A stretch of 45,434 bases of DNA from Silvanigrellaceae bacterium. Its GTDB lineage: Bacteria; Bdellovibrionota_B; Oligoflexia; Silvanigrellales; Silvanigrellaceae. Below the pieces are notes generated by a model. The model made no database searches, was not told where the DNA came from, and saw only the letters and a program-made list of their open reading frames with translations. The stretch covers positions 1-45,434 of the forward strand of contig JBMSQQ010000016.1 in the NCBI GenBank assembly GCA_049423385.1. The letters run 5' to 3'. Positions 1-7,952 of the stretch are shown one piece after another (positions within the stretch are counted from its first letter, which is position 1; each line of letters starts with the position of its first letter). The translations under genes were made by a program, and so were the position numbers.

Positions 1-585
1 GAATGGCGTGCTGGGAGGCGTGAGTGCCATGAAAAAACGACCCGCATAGCGCTGGGCAAGCTTCTGGACCACCTCTGCCCATGCTTCGAAATCTTTCTTT
101 TGCCGCGGCGAAAACAGTTGCTGCACGCCGCGCATGGGCCAGATGAGCACAACGTCTTCTGGCCATGGAATGTCGGCATCCGTAAGGTTCAGTGCAGTGG
201 CAATTTTTCCATTCCTGTGGGCGTAGCTCAGAAGTCTGCACAAACCAGCGTACGCATTTTTGCTTGTTGCCAGAACTGCTACCCGGTTTTGCAGAAACAC
301 AGGTGCGTTCTGTTGCGGAGCATTCCAGATGTCGCGTGCAGGCGGATCTGTCATCAGCGCAGCAGGAATCGGGCAATCGACAAGAACTTCGGCGCCATAA
401 AAAAGATTCAGCGGATGTGGATTTTTCCTGCCGGCCAGATGGGTGCGAACAACGCCATACACACCATCGAAATCGGCGACAGCCATGCCGAGCCAACCTT
501 GTTCACAGGCTGCTGTGACCAATTCGTTTGGCCAGGATGAGCCTTGCAGAAAAGAAAAATTGGAGTGGGCAAGCCAGACGTGCAT
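1..585 (-). CDS. dnaE2: Error-prone DNA polymerase DnaE2 (ImuC), N-terminal PHP domain, partial (runs off window start)
   Basis: Not in the ORF track. Manual translation from ATG at 585 (alternative GTG at 603): MHVWLAHSNFSFLQGSSWPNELVTAACEQGWLGMAVADFDGVYGVVRTH...LFYGAEV...VLATSKNAYAGLCRLLS, the DnaE PHP N-terminus with DnaE2-type HSNFSFL.GSS. Lies directly downstream of imuA/imuB-like genes. Confidence 0.88.
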   Translation of the reverse strand, partial: MHVWLAHSNFSFLQGSSWPNELVTAACEQGWLGMAVADFDGVYGVVRTHLAGRKNPHPLNLFYGAEVLVDCPIPAALMTDPPARDIWNAPQQNAPVFLQNRVAVLATSKNAYAGLCRLLSYAHRNGKIATALNLTDADIPWPEDVVLIWPMRGVQQLFSPRQKKDFEAWAEVVQKLAQRYAGRFFMALTPPSTPF

Positions 586-639
586 GGGATGGTCACGTTC
601 CACTCGCTGGCACGGGCGCAGTTGCAGATGGAAAATTCA

Positions 640-2250
640 TCAGAAGAACCTCCCGTGCGTTGAATTTGCCGGAGGATCAAAAAAGCCTTTCAGAACAAAA
701 GAGGTGTCGTGGGGCTGGCGTCCCGATTCGCATGCCAGCAGCAGCGCCGGAGCGGGTGGATGGTGCAGTGCATAGAGGTCTTCGTTGGCCAGTGTTTCCA
801 GATACTCCAGATGGTGTGCCGACGCCTCCGGATTTGAAAACAGTTCCTGCAGTGAAAATGGGATGGGTTCACGGACCAGGTGCAGCGGGCGTTCCTGCAG
901 AGCATAACGAAACAGGCAAGATGGTTTGGCATCGTTTTTTTTGTCGTGCCTGGATTTGCCAATCGCATCGACCGTGGCCAACAGGTCGAGGTTCATGTTC
1001 TGTGGTTTTGCATCGGTGGAGAAATTGGCCTGCGGTTGAACCTGGTAGGCCTCGCCAGCCTGTTTGAGCTCGAGGTTCTGGATGACTCTTTCGAACGGCA
1101 ATGAGGCACACTGTGTGTGAAGTTCGCTTTTGCCATGGGTGTTGCAGGGTGTGAGGCGGAGCGGCTCTATTGTGAGTTTGTAGATTTGGAATGCCTTGAA
1201 ATAGAACGACGGCTCGTCGGGATGTTGAAACTCTTGTCCTTTGTGCGGCAATTTTGCGCCGATGTTTTGCAGGATGAGTGAGCTTGTTTTGTTGAACTCC
1301 AGGATTGGCTCATTGAGCAGACAGGTGTGTTGAATCTTGAGGTTGTTTTCCAGTTCGAGCGTGACCCGAAAATCGCGGATGCCAAAGCGTTGCTCAAGAC
1401 TGTTGAAGTGTTCGAGGCGTTGGAGAAGTTTGCGCAGACAGCTTTCAAGCATGGGCATGAGCACGGCCAGGGGCCAGACCGGTTCGCTGGCAAAATCGTC
1501 GGTGTCGAAGTTGGTGGTCAGAAAATCCTGTGCACACAGATCCTGAGGCAAGTCGCGGAACACTGTGCCGAGAGAAACTTCCGGGCGTTTCCACATCTCC
1601 CAAAACACCACTGCCCAGGGGCCGAATCGGCGGCTGATGTCGTCGTGGGTGAGGTCTTCTGGAAAGTGAAGTGGACTGGCAAAGCGCATGCTCACAGCTG
1701 CTTCTGAAAGTTGCCGGACGCTGCGCACCAGTTCGGTTTGTTCAGAGCTTTTGAGTTGCAACAGACCTGCAAACAACAGGCAGGCTTCCCGCCATTGCGG
1801 CCAATCCAGCTGACCGAGGTGTTGGCGGAACAGAAGATTGTTTTCGTTGGCAATGGCGAATTCGAGTTCGGAGTGGGTTGCACCAAAATGCAGACCCGCA
1901 AACAGGTGATGCGTGAGAAGGAGTCGCGGTCGCGCCGCCGGCGCCAGGTGTTGAACCTGAGCATGATAGACACGGGCCAGGGTGTCCCAGGACCCGAAGT
2001 ACCGGAGGGTGTGTTGGAGGGAAACGAGCAGCAGGGTGAGGTGGGGACGGAGGACGTGCTCCGACAACGCCTGTGCCAACGTGCGCGCCGCGAAAAGTGA
2101 ATCGGAATCGAGATTGGGCAAAAAAATATAACCCCACACGGGTGTGGCGGTTCCGTGTGTGACAGGAACCCGTGAGCGTGTTGTGGGTTTCAGCCGTCGC
2201 TGTTCAAACAACGAGTTGAAAATGCCATGAGAAGAACGGTGACTTTTCAT
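640..2250 (-). CDS. Highly divergent ImuB-like (inactive Y-family polymerase-like) protein, 536 aa
   Basis: Lies between imuA-like and dnaE2. Residual ImuB-like motifs: LLLVSLQHTLRYFGS (cf. LLLD..G..LFGG), RPLHLVREP (cf. RP..LL..P) and C-terminal VLKGFFD. Confidence 0.65.
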   Translation of the reverse strand: MKSHRSSHGIFNSLFEQRRLKPTTRSRVPVTHGTATPVWGYIFLPNLDSDSLFAARTLAQALSEHVLRPHLTLLLVSLQHTLRYFGSWDTLARVYHAQVQHLAPAARPRLLLTHHLFAGLHFGATHSELEFAIANENNLLFRQHLGQLDWPQWREACLLFAGLLQLKSSEQTELVRSVRQLSEAAVSMRFASPLHFPEDLTHDDISRRFGPWAVVFWEMWKRPEVSLGTVFRDLPQDLCAQDFLTTNFDTDDFASEPVWPLAVLMPMLESCLRKLLQRLEHFNSLEQRFGIRDFRVTLELENNLKIQHTCLLNEPILEFNKTSSLILQNIGAKLPHKGQEFQHPDEPSFYFKAFQIYKLTIEPLRLTPCNTHGKSELHTQCASLPFERVIQNLELKQAGEAYQVQPQANFSTDAKPQNMNLDLLATVDAIGKSRHDKKNDAKPSCLFRYALQERPLHLVREPIPFSLQELFSNPEASAHHLEYLETLANEDLYALHHPPAPALLLACESGRQPHDTSFVLKGFFDPPANSTHGRFF

Positions 2251-2897
2251 CGCCGTGCTCCTGTGCGTTCGTCAATCAGAATGAAAAGACGTTCGCGCGG
2301 CCGGTTTTCGAGCATGGCTGCGGGTTCGGGCTTGAGCGGGTTGTGTGAATCCGGTTTGAGCCAGCGCTGTGCGCGCTTGAGGATGACAGGTGTTGCTGGC
2401 ACTTCTGCCACGATGGCATCGAATTGTGGCTCGCAACAAAGTGCATCGACACTTTGTTGGGGGTGGCTGGTTTCTAGAAAGAGTGTGTGCGTCAGTGAGA
2501 GTTCGAACGACTCCAGAACCCGCTTGTTGAATTCGACGCTGTTGTTGATGGGCGACAGCCAAGCCAGGTTGAGCAACAGATTGGGATCGCGTTCTTGCCT
2601 GCGCAGGTTGTTTTGGTGCTGACGCAAAAGTTCCAGGGTTTGGGCGTAGGGTTTGAAACTGAGTGTGCGCAACAGGCGGCCAAACATCGGTGCACACTGG
2701 GCGAGGGGCATACTTTTGAGCAGAACCAACCCACTGGATGTCGGGTGAACGGCAGACGCCAGCATGGTGGACGAACCCAACAAAGAAGCACCATTTTTTC
2801 CGCGTGCAGACCAGACGGATGTCGAGTGGCCTGCACGGGCGTTTGCCTCTGTCGGAGAAGCCAACCTGGCGGGACTTGTGTTCTTTTCGTTCATCAT
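2247..2897 (-). CDS. Divergent ImuA-like protein, 216 aa
   Basis: First gene of the cassette, ATGA overlap with the imuB-like gene at 2247-2250, GAGGGA SD-like site upstream. Weak resemblance of VDALCCEPQFDAIVAEV...LKRAQRW to the ImuA/RecA-like core; no Walker A. The call rests mostly on synteny. Confidence 0.5.
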   Translation of the reverse strand: MMNEKNTSPARLASPTEANARAGHSTSVWSARGKNGASLLGSSTMLASAVHPTSSGLVLLKSMPLAQCAPMFGRLLRTLSFKPYAQTLELLRQHQNNLRRQERDPNLLLNLAWLSPINNSVEFNKRVLESFELSLTHTLFLETSHPQQSVDALCCEPQFDAIVAEVPATPVILKRAQRWLKPDSHNPLKPEPAAMLENRPRERLFILIDERTGARR

Positions 2898-2939
2898 GTA
2901 TCACTTCCCTCAGGAAATCGCTTGGTTGCTCCAGACCCC

Positions 2940-2959
2940 GAAGAACGCAACCGTTCTTC
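2940..2959. promoter_or_regulatory. Perfect inverted repeat GAAGAACG-caac-CGTTCTTC (candidate operator)
   Basis: 8-bp arms with 4-nt spacer in the imuA/lexA divergent intergenic region. Confidence 0.5.
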
Positions 2960-2960
2960 A

Positions 2961-2975
2961 CTGTATGGGATACAG
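2961..2975. promoter_or_regulatory. Perfect inverted repeat CTGTAT-ggg-ATACAG (candidate LexA operator)
   Basis: 6-bp arms, ending 4 nt before the lexA ATG. A near copy (ATGTATGGTACAG, 2976-2988) follows and overlaps the start codon. Confidence 0.5.
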
Positions 2976-2979
2976 ATGT

Positions 2980-3810
2980 ATGGTACAGCTCACAGACCTG
3001 CAAGGCAAGGTGGTCGCCTATATTTTGGAATGTCTCGATAAAACGGGCATGCCGCCCACGTTGCGCGAGATTGCCGCACACTTTGGTTGGAAAGCTGTGG
3101 GCAGCGCTCAAGATGTGGTGACTGTTCTGCGCAAAAAAGGCTTTCTGCAGGCCCCTCTTCCTGGAAAATCCAGACAACTCGTTCCAACTCCAGAAGCGTT
3201 GAGTTGGTGGTCTGCACATGGTGGACAACCTTCAGCGTCGCCGGCATTCAAGAGTCCCGTCTTGAGTGCTGCACGCAGCGCAATTGCAAGTACCAATGCG
3301 GGCGTAACAAATTTGCGTCGCAACCCGCAGGAAAATGAAGCCGCCATGAACTGTTTGTTTGTGCCTGTGGTCGGTCTTGTTCAGGCGGGTGAACCTGTTG
3401 AAGCCATCGAACACGCCACTGCAACAGTTCCGTTTCTCAACGTGCAGCGCAAGTCGCAAAGCAGCACTTTGTTTGCCGTAACCGTGGAAGGCTACAGCAT
3501 GATGAATGTCGGTTTTCTGCCTGGCGACTTTCTGCTGATCGAATCTGCCGCGACCGCCCGTAATGGCGACATTGTCGTTGCCGCAGTTGGAGATCACGAA
3601 GTGACGGTTAAGCGTTTCGCCATGCGCGGTTCGCAGCTTTATCGGCATGCACATGAACAATTGATGCACGGTTCGAAGATGAACTCAGACACTCTCCCGC
3701 CTGCGTTGCTGGTTCCCGAAAACAAGGATTTTGATCCGATTCCCTTTGGCAAGGACTCCGATAAAATTATTGGCGTCGTGCGTTCGCTCTATCGTCAGGA
3801 TGTGAATTGA
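2980..3810 (+). CDS. lexA: LexA SOS repressor, 276 aa
   Basis: N-terminal wHTH (LTDLQGKVVAYI...GMPPTLREIAAHFG...LRKKGFL), Ala-Gly cleavage site (VGLVQAGEP), catalytic Ser (VEGYSM) and Lys (VTVKRF). Start set at ATG 2980 because the longer ORF overlaps imuA. Confidence 0.93.
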   Translation: MVQLTDLQGKVVAYILECLDKTGMPPTLREIAAHFGWKAVGSAQDVVTVLRKKGFLQAPLPGKSRQLVPTPEALSWWSAHGGQPSASPAFKSPVLSAARSAIASTNAGVTNLRRNPQENEAAMNCLFVPVVGLVQAGEPVEAIEHATATVPFLNVQRKSQSSTLFAVTVEGYSMMNVGFLPGDFLLIESAATARNGDIVVAAVGDHEVTVKRFAMRGSQLYRHAHEQLMHGSKMNSDTLPPALLVPENKDFDPIPFGKDSDKIIGVVRSLYRQDVN

Positions 3811-3901
3811 GTCCAGGCTGAAAGCCCACCTTAAAATCACTCAAAAGATTTATATCAAACTGGAATGGTGCTTTTGGCTACCCGGTTCATCTTGCGGCGA
3901 A

Positions 3902-3926
3902 GGGAGTATGCTCTCCCGTTTTTTTT
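3902..3926 (+). terminator. Putative intrinsic terminator downstream of lexA
   Basis: GGGAG-tatgct-CTCCC stem followed by g and T8. Confidence 0.5.
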
Positions 3927-4043
3927 GGTTCGAAGGTTACGGCGTCAAGATGTCAAAAAATAACCAAATCGGCTCAAATTGAGTCTTTGATTCCTTCACC
4001 CGAAGTTATACTCGATCCGGTGTGCGTTGTCTGGGGAGAAAGT

Positions 4044-5465
4044 ATGAAGATTTTGTCTCATTATGCGCAGTTCGCATTTTTGGTTTTTCTCTCGGGCTGC
4101 AAAACCACAGGCCGGTATGAGCAAAATGTGGCCCTCAACAAGGTTAATCAATCACAGCCTCAAACATCTGCTCAATCAATTTCGCAGCCGACGGCACAAT
4201 CCAATGCCGCAGGCACATCCGCAACGGCCAAACCCGAATTGGCCAGCGATGGTCAAGGGGTCAGGACAACCGACAATCGGAAACAGATCATCACGGGACA
4301 AGAACTCTTCAAGAGCCGTGAATGTTCGGGATGTCATTCAACCGGTGGGGAAGAAGGTATTGGGCCTGGCTTCAGCGGTCTGTGGGGTCTGTTTCGTGTT
4401 TTTGAAGACGGAACTTTCCAAAACGCTGATGAGAGTTATGTGAGGGAATCAATCGTCGAACACAATAAAAAAATAGTTGGCGGATTCAAACCCGCGAATT
4501 TTGAAAAACCGCAACTGCCGCTCAAGGAAGAGGAATTGTCGGCGCTCGTGGAATACATTGCGGACCTGGGCCGACGTCAAGAGATGAAGGACAATCGGAT
4601 TTCGTCGCTGCTGGACCTCAAAATCGATTTGAGCAACCTCAAGAACCCTCGCCCCAATCCAACAGAGGCGGCCGTTGCTTGCAAAAATCTTAACAAATAC
4701 TTTGCGAACGACAATTTCCGTTCTCGAGACTGTGAATCTTTGGAATATTTTATATCTCATTTGCTCGACTTCACTTTCCAGCGTTCAAAGACAATATTGA
4801 ACCGCTCCGATGAGGTGGGCAGGTCGATCACTTGGGCATTGCATCATGGAGATGAGAAAGCTCTGCGCACCGCAGTTAAAGAACAGCACGGAGTTTCGTG
4901 CGAAGCTTTGGTTAATACCTTTGATCTCATGGCATTGATTCACGATGAGATCAGTATTCTCGATCCTTCCTCCATGCCGAGTAAAAATTCGTTTCGGATG
5001 TTGCAAGAATATTCCGCAAATAATGAGCGTCTTTACCAAGAAGAAAGGTACAAACGGGCAGAACTTGCACGCATGGCCAATCAGTCCAAAATCACACAAG
5101 AGGAAGATCCGGAACTGAAAGAGGTCACTCCCTTTGTCAGGACTATCGTGAAATTCAAGATTAAAGATGAACAGATGAATAAAATTGCCGAACTTTACAA
5201 AGCGAAGCAGCGTGGAATCACAGAGGATATCCAAGCCAAATCCAATCAAATTGATTCTGCTTTTTGGTCTGCCGTTCAAGAAAAAGATTCATCGAAAAGA
5301 AAAAATGCACTGAGTAAATCATGTGAATCATTGAGCAGTCTCATTTCCCTCAATGACGAGCTCAAGTTCGAGATAAAGAAGATTCTTTCGAAGGAACAAT
5401 ATTCACATGCGACATGGGAAGAATTGCTATACCCAATTATTGCTTTGAGGATGAAGCGTCATTGA
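4044..5465 (+). CDS. Lipoprotein with a monoheme cytochrome c domain fused to an unknown helical C-terminal region, 473 aa
   Basis: GGGGAG SD before ATG 4044, lipobox LSGC, CSGCH heme motif. GPGFSGLWG...ADESYVRESI...EEELSALVEYI resembles the cytochrome c domain of caa3-type oxidase subunit II. Confidence 0.75.
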   Translation: MKILSHYAQFAFLVFLSGCKTTGRYEQNVALNKVNQSQPQTSAQSISQPTAQSNAAGTSATAKPELASDGQGVRTTDNRKQIITGQELFKSRECSGCHSTGGEEGIGPGFSGLWGLFRVFEDGTFQNADESYVRESIVEHNKKIVGGFKPANFEKPQLPLKEEELSALVEYIADLGRRQEMKDNRISSLLDLKIDLSNLKNPRPNPTEAAVACKNLNKYFANDNFRSRDCESLEYFISHLLDFTFQRSKTILNRSDEVGRSITWALHHGDEKALRTAVKEQHGVSCEALVNTFDLMALIHDEISILDPSSMPSKNSFRMLQEYSANNERLYQEERYKRAELARMANQSKITQEEDPELKEVTPFVRTIVKFKIKDEQMNKIAELYKAKQRGITEDIQAKSNQIDSAFWSAVQEKDSSKRKNALSKSCESLSSLISLNDELKFEIKKILSKEQYSHATWEELLYPIIALRMKRH

Positions 5466-5626
5466 GCAATTCTTTGGATGCAACGGATCCTGCAGGGAAA
5501 TTTGCGGAATAAATCGAATATCTTCTGAAATCAAAATGCCCTCACTCAGTCATCTCATGGGCCGCTGAAAGGCGCCAAGCAGCTAGAGTTTTCACCAGTC
5601 CAATTCAAGGTGGTCCCAACGATAGT

Positions 5627-6019
5627 TTGGACTTGGTTCTCATTGTCGGATTGTCAGGATCTGCAACGGCGCTCGCTCTAGCCGTTGTCGGAGGATCATC
5701 GGTTCTTGCAACATACGGCACCAGAAAACTTCTGAAGAGTGACAATGGCAAAGAGTCCGCACGATTGGAAATGGACAACTACATCAGCACCAATCTCAGT
5801 GCACTGGAGAAAGAGGTTTCACAGGGTGAGGGGGAGCATCTGGTCGCTTTTGCTGAAATGATTGCATGCGACAAGGAACCCGGTATTGGAAGATTCAATG
5901 TATTGAGCAAGCAATTTCACTCCGTGATTTTTTCAGACAGACATAGTAAGGGAATTGTCGAACGATGGTTGCAGAAAGCACGAAACGATGTGGTCACTTC
6001 GGAGTGCTTCAGAGGGTGA
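5627..6019 (+). CDS. DUF3015-like protein, probably 5'-truncated
   Basis: YISTNLSALEKEVSQGEGEHLVAFAEMIAC matches the DUF3015-type motif. The frame is open back to 5513 with no ATG/GTG/TTG start before the TTG at 5627 and no SD. Confidence 0.55.
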   Translation: MDLVLIVGLSGSATALALAVVGGSSVLATYGTRKLLKSDNGKESARLEMDNYISTNLSALEKEVSQGEGEHLVAFAEMIACDKEPGIGRFNVLSKQFHSVIFSDRHSKGIVERWLQKARNDVVTSECFRG

Positions 6020-6059
6020 TACTGTGTCTCGTCGGATTTGAAAACTGGAGGTTTTCAAA

Positions 6060-6479
6060 ATGAATTGGATGACATCTGTTGTTACACTCAGTTTTGTTGC
6101 TTTTGCATCGGGTGCTGCTGCCAACGTGAAAGGCCGAGCAGTCGCATATTCCCTCGATAAGATGGAATTCGAAGGCTACCTTGTTGAGGGCGGCAAAAAA
6201 GGAAATGTGTTGGTGGTGCACGACTGGATGGGACTCACCGACAAAACCCGTGCAAAAGCCGATGCGGTGGCTGCATTGGGTTACACGGTATTTGCAGTGG
6301 ATGTTTTCGGGAAGAATGTGCGACCCAAAACCCCCGACGAAGCGCTCGCCCCACCAAAGAAAGCCGGCCAAAGCGCCATATACAATAAAAATCAATCCCA
6401 ACAAGTCACCCGCGAACCACTTGAGCAACTTCCAGACCAACGGCAGACTCCCTTTGCACGACTTGATTTTCGATTTTGA
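6060..6479 (+). pseudogene. Truncated dienelactone hydrolase family gene (N-terminal part only)
   Basis: GGAGG SD, signal peptide, then FEGYL...VLVVHDWMGL...AALGYTVFAVDVFG...PKTPDEA. Similarity stops near 6346 and no G-x-C-x-G nucleophile motif follows. Confidence 0.75.
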
Positions 6480-6740
6480 TTTTGATTGTCATGTGATTCA
6501 CCGCTTATGCCTTAGGAAGGTGTACGGGCAAGTCCTCCAGCGAAAATGAACCTTTTTCAGAAAGTGAGTCTGCGTCAGGATTCGCCGGATCTTGCGTTTT
6601 AACCGTGTATACTTTGAATCTGGGGATTTGACCCAAATTTTCTATAGTTACTGAAAATGCAAGTAAAAATTGTTCACCTCAAGTTAATTGAAATCAGAAC
6701 GAAAGACTCCTTGGGTTCAATTGACCTCATGGGAGGATTT

Positions 6741-7952
6741 ATGGACAGAGGGCGCACAGCAGTCTTGCGAAATGGAATCCTTTCCATCGCGTTACTGTCC
6801 ACCGCGGCATGTGGGCCGGTGGCGAACACGAATGTTCCGAAGTTCGAAAGCAAGGTTGAAAACCCTGCTGTGAGCGGAAAGGATATTCAATCCACAGGGG
6901 AATCGGAACCCACGTATGGAATCGTGGGCGGCACGGCAATCACCAACACGAGTTGGTTGCAAGCCATGCGGTTCATTCGACAGGTTGCCACCATCAATAC
7001 CGGAGACTCTTTCGGTACAACAGCCAAGGTCAACCGCTATTGTGCTGGCATTTCGATGTCTCCGACAGTGACTCTTACGGCAAGCCACTGTGTCAACCTG
7101 ACCACGAATCTTGAGTACGATTTTTTCCGCTACTTCTACATTGCGAACAAGCATGTCTGTCCGACGGCACCCAATCCCGATGGAAGCCCGACATGTGGCG
7201 TTCGACCCTTGGGAATGGTGGGAGCCGGAATTCAGGTCGCGAGTCCTCCGGTCGTGAAAGGTGCAATCTCAAACACCTTCACTTTCAGCAACACTGGTGC
7301 TCCCAGTGGTTCCATTCCGGTGACGGGATTGCGCACCTCGTTTTTCAACGATGTTGGATTCACATACAGCGCAACAAATCTGCCTGGCGGCTTTGTCGCA
7401 CCTTGTACGACTCTTCCCGCAGCGGGCCAGACGGTCCAGGTGACAGGTTTGCGGCTGGGAAGCAAGACGAGCACATCAACGACTCTGACCTGGGCGACGT
7501 ACCCTGCGAAGGTGAACAGGGTCCTGGAGCGGTTGGGTGAAGTTTCGCTGTTCGATGCGACCCAGAATGCTTGGGTCAAATGGTACACGAGGTCCTGGTC
7601 GTTCGAGACCACGGCGGTGGACACAACAGCGTGCGCAGAAAGAGGTGATTCCGGTGGTGCGGTGTTCTTTCAGGAAGTGGCCGGGGGGCCCCTGTGCCTG
7701 ATGGGAATCAATATTGCGGCCGGAGTGGCTGAAAACGTAAATACAGCGGCTCAGAAGTGCACACCCACGACTCATCGCCGGATAACCAATCAAATGGTGT
7801 CGTCGATGGCAAACATGGCCATGCCACAATGCGCTCTCTCCGCCACTGATCCGAATTGCTACAACTACGGTTCACCGGACCAGATGTCGGCACCCGGTGC
7901 AAAAATCAACTACTCGGTCATCAAAACCGCAAATCAGGAGTTTGGTCTATGA
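6741..7952 (+). CDS. Trypsin-like (S1) serine protease lipoprotein, 403 aa
   Basis: GGGAGG SD before ATG 6741, lipobox TAAC, IVGG activation motif, triad motifs TASHC, NDVG and GDSGG, Cys-containing C-terminal extension. Confidence 0.85.
   Translation: MDRGRTAVLRNGILSIALLSTAACGPVANTNVPKFESKVENPAVSGKDIQSTGESEPTYGIVGGTAITNTSWLQAMRFIRQVATINTGDSFGTTAKVNRYCAGISMSPTVTLTASHCVNLTTNLEYDFFRYFYIANKHVCPTAPNPDGSPTCGVRPLGMVGAGIQVASPPVVKGAISNTFTFSNTGAPSGSIPVTGLRTSFFNDVGFTYSATNLPGGFVAPCTTLPAAGQTVQVTGLRLGSKTSTSTTLTWATYPAKVNRVLERLGEVSLFDATQNAWVKWYTRSWSFETTAVDTTACAERGDSGGAVFFQEVAGGPLCLMGINIAAGVAENVNTAAQKCTPTTHRRITNQMVSSMANMAMPQCALSATDPNCYNYGSPDQMSAPGAKINYSVIKTANQEFGL

Noticed and set aside
593..640. ATG overlapping the imuB-like stop (TGATG) as the dnaE2 start, implying a frameshift
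   Set aside because: That frame stops after 15 codons. In-frame GTG 603 and ATG 585 precede the PHP motif, so no recoding is needed.
2764..2979. 72-aa N-terminal extension of LexA in the ORF track
   Set aside because: Overlaps the divergent imuA-like gene and the operator region; LexA similarity starts at MVQLT (2980).
2272..3228. 318-aa minus-strand ORF
   Set aside because: Overlaps both lexA (antisense) and imuA-like (other frame) and has no motifs.
3816..3826. GGCTGAAAGCC mini-hairpin as a REP element
   Set aside because: Only one copy noticed and no RAYT/IS200 transposase in the window.
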